This document shows positions 47,532-59,866 of a stretch of DNA of 64,000 nt, piece after piece; within the stretch, counting starts at the first letter, position 1, and each line of letters begins with the position of its first letter. The translations under genes and the position numbers were made by a program. The stretch spans positions 576,001 through 640,000 of the forward strand of contig OZ241993.1 in assembly GCA_965204575.1 (NCBI GenBank), in the 5' to 3' direction. The DNA is from an uncultured candidatus Porisulfidus sp. GTDB taxonomy: Bacteria > Pseudomonadota > Gammaproteobacteria > Poriferisulfidales > Poriferisulfidaceae. The notes under the pieces are model-generated. The model saw only the letters and a list, made by a program, of their open reading frames with translations, made no database searches and was not told where the DNA came from.

Positions 47532-48431
47532 CTATGCGAGGTCGTGCCGTTCGAGAAACTCGCGGGTTACGGCAACGCACTCCTCGGGTTTTTCCAGTTG
47601 AAGCAGATGCGTCGTTTCGGGGATGAAATCGTAATCCACTTCATAGGCGAGCCGCTGGTCGAGCGTGGGCAGGTACGAGTGCGGCAAGGTAGGGTCGGCA
47701 CCGACGATCTTCTTCGGACAGGCGAGAAGATCGAGATCAAGCAGCGGAAAGAAACTCCGGCCGTATTCCATGAGATTCGCTTCGTATTCGCGGGGGCAGC
47801 GAAGCTCGTAACCGTGACCGCCCGCGGATCCTCGAAGCGTCGTCAGCGCCATGAGCTCGTGCACGCCAGGGATAACCCTCTTGAACGATGGAAGAAACTT
47901 CAGCAGCTCGACAAACTCCTCCCGTGACTTGAAGCGCTCTTCCCGCTGCCGGGTCTTGGCAGCCACGAGCGCGGCGGCTTCTAGAAGTTCCGTCTGACTC
48001 ATGTCGTGCTTGGCCAGGGGCGGATCGAACAAAACCAGTGCCGAATAGATCTTGCTGCAGGACAAAATGGCGACAATTGAGGTGAGGGAGTGAAAGATGC
48101 CGATCGTCGGCTTGCTGCCATACACACGATCGATGGATTCGAGAATAATGTCGTGATCGCAAACGAGCGTCGGAATGTTGTGATCCCTCCGGGCACCGAC
48201 GCTATTCCAACCGTGGTTCCTGAGGTCGTAGACCATCACGTCGTAGTCGTTCGCGAGCAGAGACCAGAACGGGTAATAAAGATCGGCGGCGAGACCACTG
48301 CCGTGGCTCAAGACGATCCGGGTGCCTGACGGATTGCCGTGCTGGCGCACGGTGGTGACGGTATCGTCGTCGAGACGAACATCGAGGGTTGACAAGGGGT
48401 TGGGTATCTCCCACACGATGTCAGTCGTCAT
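47532..48431 (-). CDS. alpha/beta hydrolase (SupD/SupE-like, possible thioesterase/acyltransferase)
   Basis: LSHGSG, YDLRNHG, FHSLT nucleophile elbow, THLLQLE; PKS context. Confidence 0.82.
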   Translation of the reverse strand: MTTDIVWEIPNPLSTLDVRLDDDTVTTVRQHGNPSGTRIVLSHGSGLAADLYYPFWSLLANDYDVMVYDLRNHGWNSVGARRDHNIPTLVCDHDIILESIDRVYGSKPTIGIFHSLTSIVAILSCSKIYSALVLFDPPLAKHDMSQTELLEAAALVAAKTRQREERFKSREEFVELLKFLPSFKRVIPGVHELMALTTLRGSAGGHGYELRCPREYEANLMEYGRSFFPLLDLDLLACPKKIVGADPTLPHSYLPTLDQRLAYEVDYDFIPETTHLLQLEKPEECVAVTREFLERHDLA

Positions 48432-48516
48432 GGCAGAGGGTCCGGGCGCCTCCCAATACGCGTTCCGAACGGAACGCAGGGTTGCCGAGATCGCGGGGCA
48501 GCCGATACCGGAATTG

Positions 48517-48545
48517 CCGACCGCCTTCGGGTTCGAGGCGGTCGG
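48517..48545. other. 10-bp-stem hairpin between ACP and hydrolase genes
   Basis: CCGACCGCCT-9 nt-AGGCGGTCGG; no clear U-tract. Confidence 0.45.
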
Positions 48546-48603
48546 TCTTGCTCAACTGGTGCCAAGGATTATCCGGCGAGTGCGTGGATGCTATCTGGGA
48601 TGC

Positions 48604-48834
48604 TTACTGGCCGCGCGCGTCGATGAAGCTTACAAGTTCGCGGAGGTTCTTGAACTGTGCGCATTCATCCGCAACCAATCCGAGGCCGAATTCCTGGTTG
48701 ACCAGTTTGAAAAACGCGATCGCATCCACCGAAGAAACTCCGATGTCACTGAATGATTGGTCGAAATCTGGGTCATGGCCTAGGTCGAGGTTGTCGGTGA
48801 TGAGCGTTCTTAGGCGGTCTTCGGTTCCAGACAT
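48604..48834 (-). CDS. stand-alone acyl carrier protein (SupB-like)
   Basis: 76 aa, acidic, IGVSSVD phosphopantetheine site, NLRELVSFI helix. Confidence 0.85.
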   Translation of the reverse strand: MSGTEDRLRTLITDNLDLGHDPDFDQSFSDIGVSSVDAIAFFKLVNQEFGLGLVADECAQFKNLRELVSFIDARGQ

Positions 48835-49091
48835 GTGTATTTCTCCCTGAAAGTGAATGTTATTGTTATGTGTTCAGTCCGAAGTTCCCAGCCCAAATTG
48901 GACGTGGAGATGACCGGACAAACTGATGTCCCTACGAGGGCAAAGTACCGCTCGCTGGACATCTCGGACATTGTAGCATTGGCGCTTCACGAATTTGTGT
49001 GCACAAAACCTCGAAGCGCCCAAGTTTGCCGCTGGGCTCGACTTGGAATACGATATTTTAAATTCATTCCAGTTCAGGTAACGAGCCCTCT

Positions 49092-52000
49092 ATGGCAAAG
49101 CCGGACAAATCTTCTACCCCTCCTGACCCTCAGGAATCGAAGCGCGTCGCGGGCGACCCGCCCATAGCGGTTATCGGCATGGCCTGCCGGTTTCCCGGCG
49201 CGCCGGATATCCCGGCTTTCTGGCGCCTGCTCGAAAGCGGCGGGAACTCGATCAGCGAGGGAATCTCCGGCGCGGGCGCCGAGCGCATGGGAGAACTTTT
49301 CCCTGGCGGTGTGGTTCCGAATGAAGCCTGCCGCTTCGGGTCCTTCGTTGCCGACATCGACCAGTTCGACGCCTCGTTTTTCCGGATTTCACCGGCAGAG
49401 GCGCAATTGATGGATCCGCAGCAGCGCATGATGCTGGAGACGAGCTGGCAGGCACTTGAGGATGCGGGGATCGATCCGGACCGGCTCAAAGGCGGCCAGA
49501 CCGGCGTCTACACCGGGATCAGCAATGACGAGTATCGGATGCTGGTCCTGGACACGACCAAACCGACCGAGGCGGCCGGATGCCTCTATGCCCTCAGCGG
49601 CACCAACCTGAACGGCGCCAGCGGGCGGGTGTCTTTCGTATTGGGTCTCATGGGGCCGGCGAAAGCCGTGGATGCCGCTTGCGCGTCGTCCCTGGTCTCG
49701 GTCCACGATGCGGTGGTTGATCTGCAGCAAGGCAAGGCGGACCTGGCCATTGCCGGCGGCGTGCAGGCCCTCCTGAACGGCCGCGTATACGAACTGCGTG
49801 CGGATGCAATGATGCTGTCTCCCGACGGCCAATGCAAGACTTTTGATGCATCTGCGAACGGTTACGTACGCGGCGAAGGCTGTGGGGTCGTGATCCTCAA
49901 ACGGCTGAGCGAGGCGGAAGCGGATGGCGACCGCATCTGGGGCGTCATCCGAAGTTCGGCAGTGAATCACGGCGGAGCCAGCGTCGGACTGACGGTTCCC
50001 AATACGCCTGCGTTGGAACAGGTGATCGAGACGGCACTGTCGCGGGCCGGCATTCCCCCGTCGGAAGTGGATTACCTGGAGGCGCACGGAACCGGAACGA
50101 CGGTGGGTGATCCCATCGAAATCAATGCGGTGGCCTCTGTCTACGGGAAGGATCGCGAGGCCGATCATCCACTTCTGGTCGGTTCCGTAAAAACCAACGT
50201 CGGCCACCTGGAGTCTGCCGCCGGGGTTGCCGGACTGATCAAGGCAGTGTTGGCGGTGGAGCGGGGCATCATCCCGAAACACCTGCACTTCCAGGACCCC
50301 CACCCGGGCATCGACTGGGATCATCTGCCGCTGCAGATCACCTCGTCCACGACGGACTGGCCACGCCACCGCGGGCGGCCGCGATTGGCGGGCGTGAACT
50401 CCTTCGGGATATCCGGGACGAATGCCCACATTGTGGTGGAAGAGTACGACGGTCCGAGCCCGGCCCTTGGCGAAGGATATCGGGCTGCGGGTTCCGCGAA
50501 GGCCGTGGAGATCTCGACGCCGGGGACCGTGGCGGATCTGCCGTTGCCGGAACAGGAAGGGAGCGGACGCAAGAGCCGTCTGTTGCCGTTGTCGGGCAAA
50601 TCGGAGGGCGCGCTTCGGAAACTGGCAAAGCGGTACCTGTCGTGGCTCGGCGACCGGACCGAAGAATCCCCGGAAAACGTTGCCGTGGAACCGTTGCTGT
50701 CGGACATGGCGTGGACCGCCGGCGTGGGGCGGAGCCATTTCGATCACCGCGCGGGGATCGTGTTCCGCGATGCCGAGTCGCTGCGGGAACGCCTGAAGGA
50801 TTTGGCTGAAGCGGACGACGGCGTGAAACCCGGGATGGCGGCCAAGGTGGCATTTGCCTACACCGGGCAGGGAAGCCAGTGGGCCGGCATGGGGCAGGCA
50901 ATCTACGAACACGAACCGATAGCGCGCGCGGTTCTGGATCGCTGCGAAGCGGCATTCCGGGGTGAGCGGGGAACCTCCCTGCTGGACGTGATGTTCGGCC
51001 GGGCCGAGGGTGAAGGCGAACTTGAAGACACGGCGTGGGAGCAACCGGCTCTCTACGCTTTGGAGTGCGCGCTGACGGCGCTATGGACGAGTTTGGGCAT
51101 CAGGCCCAGCGTGGTCGTGGGGCACAGCGTCGGAGAACTGGCGGCGGCACAGGCGGCGGGGGTGTTCAGCCTGGAGGACGGGATGCGGTTTGCCGCAACC
51201 CGGGGCGCCTTGCTGTCGGGAACCGAACCGGGCGCCATGGCCGCAGTTTTCGCGCCGGCGGAGCAGGTGGCATCGGAGGTCGAGGCATTCAATGCGTCGT
51301 CGTCCAACGCCAGGCTGAGCGTTTCGGGGTACAACGGAACCCATCAGGTGATCAGCGGTCCGATCGAGGAAATCGAAGCCATTTCGAAACACCTCGAATC
51401 GGAAGGGACCCGGGTCAAGCGGCTGAACACGGCCCGAGCATTCCACAGTGCCCTGGTGGAGCCGGCCCTGGCCGCGCTGGAAGCATCCCTGGAGGGCATC
51501 GCAATCAAGCCTCCCTCCCTGACCGTGGTCAGCAACCTGACGGGTCAAGCCGTCGGACCGGACGAGTTGCTGGACGGGGCCTATTGGAGAAGGCATGCCC
51601 GGGAGCCGGTGGCATTCGCTCGCGGTGCCGAGACACTGGCGGAACTCGGGGTGGGTCTGGTGCTGGAGATCGGCCCACGCTCCGTGTTGGCCCCTATGGC
51701 AGCTGCGGCTTGGCCTGAATCCGCACAGGCTCCCGCAGTGCTGTCGAGCCTGCGCCCGCCATCCGGCAACGGCAAGGCATCCGGAAGCGGCAGTGATTTT
51801 GCAGAGGCAGTCGCGGAAGCCTATCAGGCAGGGCTGCAGATTTATTTCCCGGGGCTTTTCACGGGCGAAACGCGGCGACGAATTTCATTGCCGGGCTACC
51901 CGTTCCAGCGTGAACGCCACTGGGTCGAGGCCTCGAAGCGACGGCACTTGGCCGAGGGCCATCCCTTGCTGGGCGTCCGGCATGAATCCGCCAACGGCGA

Positions 52001-55000
52001 GATCACGTTCGAGACCGAGATCTTCCCCTCGGATCCGACATGGCTGAGCGACCATCGGGTGTTCGGCCGGCTCATCGCACCGGGCGCACTTTATGGCGCC
52101 ATGGCGGCATCGGCTTCTCTTGCCGAAGGCGGCCGGTCGATGGTGGTGGAAGACCTGCAGTTGCATAACCCGCTGATCTTTTCGAACGAGGAGACCGGGG
52201 AAGGGGAGGAAGAGAATGGCCGAAAAGTGCAGGTCGTGCTCGATGCCCCCGGACAGGCGCCATCGCAGCGTGTCCGGATATTCAGCAAGGGAAGCGAGGA
52301 AGACTGGGTTCAGCACATTGAGGGCCGCGTGTCGCCGGGCACCTCCATGCCGGAAGACAGCGCGCGGATCGATGTCGAAAAACTGAAGTCCGACCTGTCG
52401 CCGGCTGACGTGCCAGCCTATTACCGTGCCAAGGCGGCGACCGGGATCGACCTCGGCCCATTCTTCCGCACGTTGGGGAAGGTGTGGTCCGGGCCAGGTG
52501 AAGCATTGGGAGAAGTATCTTTGCCGGAATCCCTGGGCCGGAACGAACTGGACGTCCACCCGCTCGTACTGGACGGTTGCTTCCAGGTCGTGGGCGTGGC
52601 GCGAAACATGACGGGCGCCCAGGGGGAGGCGACGTACCTGCCGTTCGGCTGGGAGCGGCTGTGGCTGGCGAAGCGGCTGCCGGACCGGGTGCTTTGCCAC
52701 GTGCGCATCAATGAGGCTCCCGGGCAATCGGAGGGAAAAACGGGCCAGGCGCCGGAGGTCCTGAGCGGGGAATTGCGCATTTACGATCCGGACGGGGTTT
52801 TGCTTGGCGGATTGAGCGGGTACACGGTGAAACGGGCGACGCGGGCGGCGCTGTTGTCGGCGGTCGAGGGGGTGAAGGACCTGCTGTACGAGGTTGTCTG
52901 GCGCGACTGTGCCCTCGCACAGGGAATCACTCCCGCCGACTTCTTCCCGGATCCGTCTTCTGTCGCGGCTCGCACGGGATTGTTCTCCGAGTATGTGGCA
53001 GCCGAGGGGGTCAAGCCGGAGGACCGGAGTTCCCTGCTGATGGATCTGGAGCGGTGGTCGCGCTCCTATGCGCTCACGAACCTGGAGAAGCTGGGCTGGC
53101 AGCGCGAGGTGGGCATGACCGTAGACCCCGATGAGCTGCGGCAACGCTTGGGAGTCATCGAGGATCACAAGCGCCTGTTCCGCCGGCTGTTCGAAATGCT
53201 CGCCAAATCAGGAGTGCTGGAGGAGACGGAGGAGGGCTTCACCGTCGTGGTGGGGCCGGAAGACCCGCTGCCGGACGAACTGCCGGACAATCCCGAGGAA
53301 TTCCACGCCCGGATGGCCGAACGCTATCCCCATGGCTCGACCGAGATCGGGTTGTTCCGCCGGTCCGGCGGTGCCCTGGTCGAAGTGCTGCGCGGTCAAG
53401 AGGACCCACTGACGCTCCTGTTCAGCAGCGGAGAACCGACTGCGGCGGATCTGTACCTGAAGGCGCCGGTCGCCCGCGCCGCGAACCGGTTGCTGGCCGA
53501 CGCGGTTCGGACGCTGGTGTCCGCATTGCCCGAGGGGCGGCGCCTCAGGGTCATCGAAGTCGGTGCAGGCACGGGATCGGCGACTGCGTCCGTCCTCCCG
53601 GAGCTTCCGCAGGGACGGTTCGACTACACGTACACGGACATTTCGGCAGGCTTCTTCTCGGAAGCGGAGGCCCGCTTCGGAGATGCCGGCGGCTGCATCG
53701 AATACCGACCGCTGGATATTGAAAAGGACCCCATCGATCAAGGCTTCAACTCCCACGGCTATGACTTGCTGATTGCATCCAATGTGCTTCACGCGACGCG
53801 CCATCTTGATGAAACATTGGGGCACTGCCGGGATATTCTTGCCCCATCGGGACAGTTGATCGCGCTTGAGAACCTCCACGGCCAGGGCTGGATGGATCTG
53901 ACTTTCGGACAGTTGGACGGCTGGTGGCGGTTTGCCGACGACTACCGTCCCCACCACGCCCTCGCGAGCCCTGCGGTGTGGCGTCAAGCACTTGGCAACT
54001 CGGGTTTCGGAGAGGTGGAAGTTCTTGGCGTGGACGAGTCCGATGCAGCCAAGATGCCGGATAAGGGCGTGATCGTCGCACGGGGTCCCGCGGAAGTGGC
54101 GGAGCCCCCGGGCGTATGGGTGCTGGCAGCGTCTCGCGGAGACAGGGCTGCAGATCTTGCGGGCTTGTTGGCGGCAAGGAACCAGACGGTCGTATTGGCG
54201 GGGAGCGAATCGCCCGAAGACGGGCAATTGGCAACAGGTGGTCCCGGCGTCTTCAGGGCCGCGGTGGAAATGGATCAGCGCGAATCGTGGCAGTCCCTGC
54301 TGGAAAGTCTGCCCCAGGAGGCGCCGTTCAACGGCGTGGTGCATCTTGCGGCACTGGACGGCCGTGGGACAGAGGCGGCGGTCGAGGAAATGGCGGAAGA
54401 CGTCAAACAAATCGGCGCGAGCGCATTGGCGCTGGTGCAGGGCCTGACCGATGCCGGCATCACACCCGAGAAGGGCGTATGGTTTGTTACGCGCGGGGCG
54501 CAAGTGCTGGAGCGGGAACGCGGCGGGGCACTCGCAGGCGCGACACTCTGGGGTTTTGGCAAGGTGGTGGCCCAGGAAGCGGCACATCTGCAACCGAGGA
54601 TGGTCGATCTGGATCCCGCGGAAACAGTTTTCTCGACCGATTTTCTCAACGAATTGCTGTACCCGGACCCGGAAAACCACATCGCTTACCGTTTGGGCGA
54701 CCGCTTGGTTGCGCGCTTGGTTCGGTTCGGCACCGAGGCGGAGCGGCTGGTTCTGCCGGAAGAATCGGACTGGGTCCTGTCTCCGGACCCGGGCGGGGTG
54801 TTCGAGAAGCCGGAAATCAAACTGCTCCCGGAGCGTACCCTGGAGCCGCAGGAAGTCCGCGTTACGGTCGAGGCCACGGGGCTCAACTTCTGGGATGTGT
54901 TCCGCTCGCTCGGTTTCATCGAGGAAGGGAACCTGGGGCGGGAGCTGTGCGGCCACATTCTCGATGTGGGCTCCGATGTCTCTACCGTCTCGGTCGGAGA

Positions 55001-58000
55001 CCGCGTGGTTGGATTGGGGTTCGGGGCATTCGGGCCGGAAATGATTACCCGGGAAGAACTGGTGGCGCCAGCCCCGTCGGGCGTTTCAGTGTCGGGACTT
55101 GCCACGATTCCGAGCGCGTTCGTGTCGGCGGCGCTGTCGTATGAACTGTCGGGCCTGGAAGCCGGAGACCGCGTTCTGATTCATGCGGGTGCGGGCGGCG
55201 TGGGGCTCGCGGCAATCCAGCTCGCAAACGTCGCGGGAGCGGAAGTTTTCGCCACCGCAAGCGCGCCCAAGCAGGCCTATCTCCGGTCACTGGGCGTGGA
55301 ACACGTGTTCGACAGCCGCCAGACGGCATTCGGGGAGGAGATTCTTGAGGCTACGGATGGCGCGGGAGTGGACGTGGTGCTGAACTGCCTGACGAGCGAG
55401 GGGTTCATCGACGCAAGCCTGTCCTGCCTGGCGAAGGGAGGGCGTTTCGTGGAACTGGCCCGGCGCGACATTCTGAGCAAGGACGAGATGGCGGCGGTGC
55501 GTCCGGACGTGGCCTACGACATCCTGGAACTGGACGTTCTGAAAAAAACAGACCCGGCGTGGGTCGGAAGGGTCCTGGATGGGGTCATGGAGCAGTTTTC
55601 AGCGGGGAAACTGACATCGATCGTCCACAGCAGATGGCCGCTGGCCGAAGCGGGAGCCGCATTGAGGTTCATGCGCTCGGCACGGCACCTCGGGAAAATC
55701 GTCCTGACGCCGCCAGCGCTCATGAGGGGCCGGTTGCGGCAGGACCGGACCTACCTGGTGACTGGCGGGTTGGGTGGAATCGGGTGTGCCGTGGCCGAAT
55801 GGCTCGCGGGTCAGGGAGCGGGAGCCATCGTGCTGAATGGGCGCCGGGACCCGGATGCTGCGGCCGAGGAGACGATCAGCGCACTCAGGGAACGCGGGAT
55901 GACGGTGCAGGTGGAGCTGGCGGATGTGCTGGACGTCGCCGCGGTGGACCAGATGCTGGCGCGGATCGACCAGGAACTGCCGCCCCTCGGCGGCGTGATC
56001 CACAGCGTGGGGGTGCTGTCGGACGCCGCGTTGACCAACCAGGACTGGGAGAGTTTCGAGAAGGTGCTGTGGCCGAAGATTCTGGGAGCCTGGCACCTGC
56101 ACCACGCGACAATGAATCGCGACCTGGATCTTTTCGTCCTCTTCTCGAGCCGGGTCGGCGTGATGGGCAATCCCGGCCAGGCGAATCACGCCGCGGCCAA
56201 TGCCTTTCTGGACCAGCTCGCTGGCCATCGCCGTGCGTTAGGCCTCCCGGGACAGGCCATCGCTTGGGGGGCCTGGTCGGAAATCGGCGAAGCGGCAGAG
56301 CAACGGGAACGGATCGAGCGGCGGCGCGCGGCGCTGGGTGGCCGCTGGTTTACTCCGCAGCAGGGAATCAAGGCACTTGAGAACCTGGTGCGCCAGGACA
56401 CCACGACTTCCGTGGTGATGGCGATGGACTGGGCCGTGTTCGAGGAAGCCACCGGAACCCGCCCTCCCCTGCTGGAGGATCTGCTGTCCGTCGCGTCGGA
56501 CCTCGAAACCGAGGCCTCGGCTCCGTCGGGGGACCTGCTTTCCCAGCTGCGTGGGGCGCCTGCGGCAGCACACGAGGAACTCCTCGTCTCTTTCTTGCAG
56601 CAAGAGGTGCAAGCGGTGCTGAGGCTGCCGACGGCGCCGGCGCCCACGGTAGGATTTTTCGATCTGGGGATGGACTCGCTGATGGCAGTGGAGTTGCGGA
56701 ACCGCCTGAACCGCGCATTTTCCGAAGAGTACACGGCATCCAACACGGTCGTGTTCGACTATCCCGACATTACTACGCTCGCAGGTCATTTGGCCGAGGA
56801 GGTTGGCGATGTCGGCAGCGCGCCGGCTCCTCAGGCTCAACCCGAGCCCGAGCCCGAGCGCCAGCCGGTCGAACAGCGCGAGGATGACGACATCGCGATC
56901 GTGGGCATGGCGTGCCGCTTTCCGGGCGCCCCGGATCTCCCGTCATTCTGGCGCGTGCTTGAGGCCGGTGAGGACATGGTGACCGACGGGCGCCAGGATT
57001 CCGACTTCTGGGGCGATCTTGGGGAAGATTTTCGCGCCAAATACGCCGCTTACCGCCGGGGCGGGTTTGTGGAAGGGCTCGACAAATTCGATGCGCGCTT
57101 CTTCGGCATCCGGCCGATCGAGGCGCGGACTATGGATCCTCGGCAAAGGCTGTTGCTGGAAACGAGTTGGCAGGCGCTTGAGGATGCCGGAATGGACCCC
57201 GACCTGCTGAAAGGCAGCCAGACCGGGGTGTACGTGGGGTTGGGCGGCAGCGAGTATCGGGACCTGGTCGCCACCCTCGGCGAGGAGGACAACTACATCG
57301 GCACTGCCGGAAGCGTAGCGGCCGGGCGGGTTTCCTATGCCCTGGGTTTCATGGGGCCGGCAATCCCGCTGGACATGACCTGTGCCTCGTCGCTGGTTGC
57401 GGTGCATCAGGCGTCCGCAAGCCTGCAGCGGGGCGAGGTGGATCTGGCTCTGGCCGGAGGCGCCAACGTGGTCCTGTCCCCTTCAGTCACAAAGTTCATG
57501 GCAGACTTCGGGATGCTGTCGGCAAGCGGGCGGTGCGGTGTTTTCGATGCCGCGGCAGACGGTTTCGTGCGAGGCGAAGGCTGCGGGATCGTGGTTCTCA
57601 AGCGGTTGAGCAAAGCGGAAGCGGACGGTGACCGAATCTGGGGCGCGATCCGGGGTTCGGCGGTCAACCAGAACGGGGCGAGCGCCGGCATATCGGCACC
57701 AAGCGGAACCGCGCAGGAGCAAGTGCTCGGAGAGGCGCTGGCCCAGGCCGGGATTCCGCCGTCAGAGGTGGATTACCTGGAGGCCCATGGAACAGGCTCG
57801 GAATTGGGCGACCCGATCGAGGTGCGCGCGGCGGCGGCAGTGTACGGCAAAGGGCGCGAAGCGGATCGCCCGCTGCTGATCGGTTCGGTCAAGCCGAACA
57901 TCGGGCACCTGGAGTGGGCGGCAGGAGTTTCGGCGTTGATTAAAGTCGTGCTGGCGATGCAGCGGGGGAAGATCCCGAGGGAACTGCACCTCAAGAATCC

Positions 58001-59420
58001 GAGCCCGCAGGTGGACTGGGACCAGTTGCCCGTGCGGGTAACGTCGGAAACGATCGACTGGCCGCTCGATCCCGGCCGGCCGCCGCGGGCGGGTGTGAGC
58101 GCTTTCGGATTGTCGGGGACGAATGCCCATGTCATTGTGGAAGGCTATGGCACGTCGCAAAGCGGGCCATCCAAGTCCGACGGGATGTCCGCCCCCAAGG
58201 GGGCCGAACAGACTGTCGACATCTCGCTGCCGGAATCCGTCGCAGATTCGCTGCCGGCGGCAGGGGAATTCGACCCGCGTGCAGCAAGAATCCTTCCCCT
58301 CTCCGGGAAATCGCACGCAGCACTTGGAGAGTTGGCAGGGGAATACCGGTCATGGCTTGATGATCACGCAGAGGAGCTTTCCGAGGAAGGCGAAACTCCA
58401 GACCGATTGCTTGCCGATATGGCATGGACGGCCGGGATGGGGCGAAGTCATTTCACTCACCGCGCAGGCGTGGTGTTCAGTGATGCCGGATCCCTAAGGG
58501 ACGGGCTGGAGGCGCTGGTAGAAGCGGACGAGAGATCGGAACCGCGAGTGGCAGCGAAGGCCGCGTTCGTGTACACCGGGCAAGACAGCCAGTGGGTCGG
58601 GATGGGAGAAGCGCTGTATCGGAGTGAGCCGGTAATGCGGGCAGTGCTGGATCAATGCGACGCCTGGCTTCAGGAAGAACGGGAAGTTTCATTGCTGGAT
58701 GTGATGTTTGGTCGAGCCGATTCGAAAGAAAGCCTGGACGATCCGGCATGGGCGCAACCGGCGATCTATGCGCTGGAATGCGCGCTTACGGCATGGTGGC
58801 GGAGCATGGGGGTTCGCCCGAGCGCGGTGATCGGCCATGATCTCGGGGAAGTCGCGGCAGCGCAGGCAGCGGGAGTATTGGGCCTGAAGGATGGCTTGCG
58901 GTTTGCGGCAGCGCGTGGCGCATTGGCTGGGGCTTCGGATGAATTGGAAACGGCTTTCTCGGATATCGCGATCGCGCCGCCATCGGTCACCCTGGTCAGC
59001 AGCGCAATGGGTCGGACGGTCGGGCCCGACGAAATACTCGACGCAACGTACTGGTGCGAGCAGGCGAGCAAGCCGGCGGAACTCCAGAAATGCGCCGGGG
59101 CGCTGTCGGATTTTGGAATCTTTGGACTGCTGGAAATCGGCCCGCGCGAGGCATTTGGCCCCATGCTCGCCTCTGCCTGGCCAGAGTCGGCGGGAGATGC
59201 CGGGGAGCCCGCGCTGATCCCAAGCTTGTCCGAACCGTCCGGTGACGAGCCGGTGGAGGATGTTTGCCGGAAATTCCTGGGGGCCGTGGCGAAGGTGTAC
59301 GAGGCGGGGTTGCCGATTTCCTTCCAGGGGCTGTTCGCGGGAGAGGCACGGCGCCGAATCTCACTGCCGGGCTATCCGTTCCAGCGCCGTCAACACTGGT
59401 TCAAGGCACTGGAGCAATAG
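49092..59420 (+). CDS. supA: SupA-like type I polyketide synthase KS-AT-DH-MT-ER-KR-ACP-KS-AT0
   Basis: DAACASS/HGTGT/GHLE; GHSVG..RAFHS; [11 protein letters not shown]; EVGAGTG; HAGAGGVG; TGGLGGIG; GMDSLM; DMTCASS; GHDLG. Confidence 0.9.
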   Translation: MAKPDKSSTPPDPQESKRVAGDPPIAVIGMACRFPGAPDIPAFWRLLESGGNSISEGISGAGAERMGELFPGGVVPNEACRFGSFVADIDQFDASFFRISPAEAQLMDPQQRMMLETSWQALEDAGIDPDRLKGGQTGVYTGISNDEYRMLVLDTTKPTEAAGCLYALSGTNLNGASGRVSFVLGLMGPAKAVDAACASSLVSVHDAVVDLQQGKADLAIAGGVQALLNGRVYELRADAMMLSPDGQCKTFDASANGYVRGEGCGVVILKRLSEAEADGDRIWGVIRSSAVNHGGASVGLTVPNTPALEQVIETALSRAGIPPSEVDYLEAHGTGTTVGDPIEINAVASVYGKDREADHPLLVGSVKTNVGHLESAAGVAGLIKAVLAVERGIIPKHLHFQDPHPGIDWDHLPLQITSSTTDWPRHRGRPRLAGVNSFGISGTNAHIVVEEYDGPSPALGEGYRAAGSAKAVEISTPGTVADLPLPEQEGSGRKSRLLPLSGKSEGALRKLAKRYLSWLGDRTEESPENVAVEPLLSDMAWTAGVGRSHFDHRAGIVFRDAESLRERLKDLAEADDGVKPGMAAKVAFAYTGQGSQWAGMGQAIYEHEPIARAVLDRCEAAFRGERGTSLLDVMFGRAEGEGELEDTAWEQPALYALECALTALWTSLGIRPSVVVGHSVGELAAAQAAGVFSLEDGMRFAATRGALLSGTEPGAMAAVFAPAEQVASEVEAFNASSSNARLSVSGYNGTHQVISGPIEEIEAISKHLESEGTRVKRLNTARAFHSALVEPALAALEASLEGIAIKPPSLTVVSNLTGQAVGPDELLDGAYWRRHAREPVAFARGAETLAELGVGLVLEIGPRSVLAPMAAAAWPESAQAPAVLSSLRPPSGNGKASGSGSDFAEAVAEAYQAGLQIYFPGLFTGETRRRISLPGYPFQRERHWVEASKRRHLAEGHPLLGVRHESANGEITFETEIFPSDPTWLSDHRVFGRLIAPGALYGAMAASASLAEGGRSMVVEDLQLHNPLIFSNEETGEGEEENGRKVQVVLDAPGQAPSQRVRIFSKGSEEDWVQHIEGRVSPGTSMPEDSARIDVEKLKSDLSPADVPAYYRAKAATGIDLGPFFRTLGKVWSGPGEALGEVSLPESLGRNELDVHPLVLDGCFQVVGVARNMTGAQGEATYLPFGWERLWLAKRLPDRVLCHVRINEAPGQSEGKTGQAPEVLSGELRIYDPDGVLLGGLSGYTVKRATRAALLSAVEGVKDLLYEVVWRDCALAQGITPADFFPDPSSVAARTGLFSEYVAAEGVKPEDRSSLLMDLERWSRSYALTNLEKLGWQREVGMTVDPDELRQRLGVIEDHKRLFRRLFEMLAKSGVLEETEEGFTVVVGPEDPLPDELPDNPEEFHARMAERYPHGSTEIGLFRRSGGALVEVLRGQEDPLTLLFSSGEPTAADLYLKAPVARAANRLLADAVRTLVSALPEGRRLRVIEVGAGTGSATASVLPELPQGRFDYTYTDISAGFFSEAEARFGDAGGCIEYRPLDIEKDPIDQGFNSHGYDLLIASNVLHATRHLDETLGHCRDILAPSGQLIALENLHGQGWMDLTFGQLDGWWRFADDYRPHHALASPAVWRQALGNSGFGEVEVLGVDESDAAKMPDKGVIVARGPAEVAEPPGVWVLAASRGDRAADLAGLLAARNQTVVLAGSESPEDGQLATGGPGVFRAAVEMDQRESWQSLLESLPQEAPFNGVVHLAALDGRGTEAAVEEMAEDVKQIGASALALVQGLTDAGITPEKGVWFVTRGAQVLERERGGALAGATLWGFGKVVAQEAAHLQPRMVDLDPAETVFSTDFLNELLYPDPENHIAYRLGDRLVARLVRFGTEAERLVLPEESDWVLSPDPGGVFEKPEIKLLPERTLEPQEVRVTVEATGLNFWDVFRSLGFIEEGNLGRELCGHILDVGSDVSTVSVGDRVVGLGFGAFGPEMITREELVAPAPSGVSVSGLATIPSAFVSAALSYELSGLEAGDRVLIHAGAGGVGLAAIQLANVAGAEVFATASAPKQAYLRSLGVEHVFDSRQTAFGEEILEATDGAGVDVVLNCLTSEGFIDASLSCLAKGGRFVELARRDILSKDEMAAVRPDVAYDILELDVLKKTDPAWVGRVLDGVMEQFSAGKLTSIVHSRWPLAEAGAALRFMRSARHLGKIVLTPPALMRGRLRQDRTYLVTGGLGGIGCAVAEWLAGQGAGAIVLNGRRDPDAAAEETISALRERGMTVQVELADVLDVAAVDQMLARIDQELPPLGGVIHSVGVLSDAALTNQDWESFEKVLWPKILGAWHLHHATMNRDLDLFVLFSSRVGVMGNPGQANHAAANAFLDQLAGHRRALGLPGQAIAWGAWSEIGEAAEQRERIERRRAALGGRWFTPQQGIKALENLVRQDTTTSVVMAMDWAVFEEATGTRPPLLEDLLSVASDLETEASAPSGDLLSQLRGAPAAAHEELLVSFLQQEVQAVLRLPTAPAPTVGFFDLGMDSLMAVELRNRLNRAFSEEYTASNTVVFDYPDITTLAGHLAEEVGDVGSAPAPQAQPEPEPERQPVEQREDDDIAIVGMACRFPGAPDLPSFWRVLEAGEDMVTDGRQDSDFWGDLGEDFRAKYAAYRRGGFVEGLDKFDARFFGIRPIEARTMDPRQRLLLETSWQALEDAGMDPDLLKGSQTGVYVGLGGSEYRDLVATLGEEDNYIGTAGSVAAGRVSYALGFMGPAIPLDMTCASSLVAVHQASASLQRGEVDLALAGGANVVLSPSVTKFMADFGMLSASGRCGVFDAAADGFVRGEGCGIVVLKRLSKAEADGDRIWGAIRGSAVNQNGASAGISAPSGTAQEQVLGEALAQAGIPPSEVDYLEAHGTGSELGDPIEVRAAAAVYGKGREADRPLLIGSVKPNIGHLEWAAGVSALIKVVLAMQRGKIPRELHLKNPSPQVDWDQLPVRVTSETIDWPLDPGRPPRAGVSAFGLSGTNAHVIVEGYGTSQSGPSKSDGMSAPKGAEQTVDISLPESVADSLPAAGEFDPRAARILPLSGKSHAALGELAGEYRSWLDDHAEELSEEGETPDRLLADMAWTAGMGRSHFTHRAGVVFSDAGSLRDGLEALVEADERSEPRVAAKAAFVYTGQDSQWVGMGEALYRSEPVMRAVLDQCDAWLQEEREVSLLDVMFGRADSKESLDDPAWAQPAIYALECALTAWWRSMGVRPSAVIGHDLGEVAAAQAAGVLGLKDGLRFAAARGALAGASDELETAFSDIAIAPPSVTLVSSAMGRTVGPDEILDATYWCEQASKPAELQKCAGALSDFGIFGLLEIGPREAFGPMLASAWPESAGDAGEPALIPSLSEPSGDEPVEDVCRKFLGAVAKVYEAGLPISFQGLFAGEARRRISLPGYPFQRRQHWFKALEQ

Positions 59421-59450
59421 GTGGCCCTTGTGTTGTCCCGCAGGGGCGTT

Positions 59451-59478
59451 TTGCCGCGAAAAGTCCATTTGCTAAAAT
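59451..59478 (+). promoter_or_regulatory. putative sigma70 promoter for panD
   Basis: TTGCCG-16 nt-TAAAAT with TG extension, ending 7 nt before the ATG. Confidence 0.45.
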
Positions 59479-59485
59479 TCGAATC

Positions 59486-59866
59486 ATGAAACTGACTTTC
59501 CTCCGCGCCCGCCTGCATCAGGCAACAGTGACTCATGTCGAGCCGGACTACGATGGTTCGTGCGCGATTGATGGCGAGCTGCTGGAAGCCGCCGGTATCA
59601 GCGAGTACGAGCAGATCGACCTGTACAATATTAGCAACGGGGAACGGTTGACGACCTACGCCATCCAGGCTGGCCACGGCAGCCGGATCATTTCGGTGAA
59701 TGGCGCGGCGGCGCACAAGGCGTCACCGGGGGATCAGGTCATCATTGTTGCCTACGCGCAACTGGAGCCGGAGGAAGTGGCGGACTTCAAGCCCGTCCTC
59801 GTTTACTTGGGCGCGGGCAACCGCGTCGAGCGCATCACCCACAAGATTCCGGTCCAGGCGGCCTAG
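59486..59866 (+). CDS. panD: aspartate 1-decarboxylase
   Basis: [15 protein letters not shown] (G-S autocleavage), [15 protein letters not shown]. Confidence 0.95.
   Translation: MKLTFLRARLHQATVTHVEPDYDGSCAIDGELLEAAGISEYEQIDLYNISNGERLTTYAIQAGHGSRIISVNGAAAHKASPGDQVIIVAYAQLEPEEVADFKPVLVYLGAGNRVERITHKIPVQAA

Noticed and set aside
48835-49167. 110-aa ORF between ACP and PKS
   Set aside because: No motif, overlaps the PKS start; most likely the divergent promoter region
56841-56859. CCCGAG x3 microrepeat
   Set aside because: In-frame PEPEPE linker between ACP and KS2; ordinary
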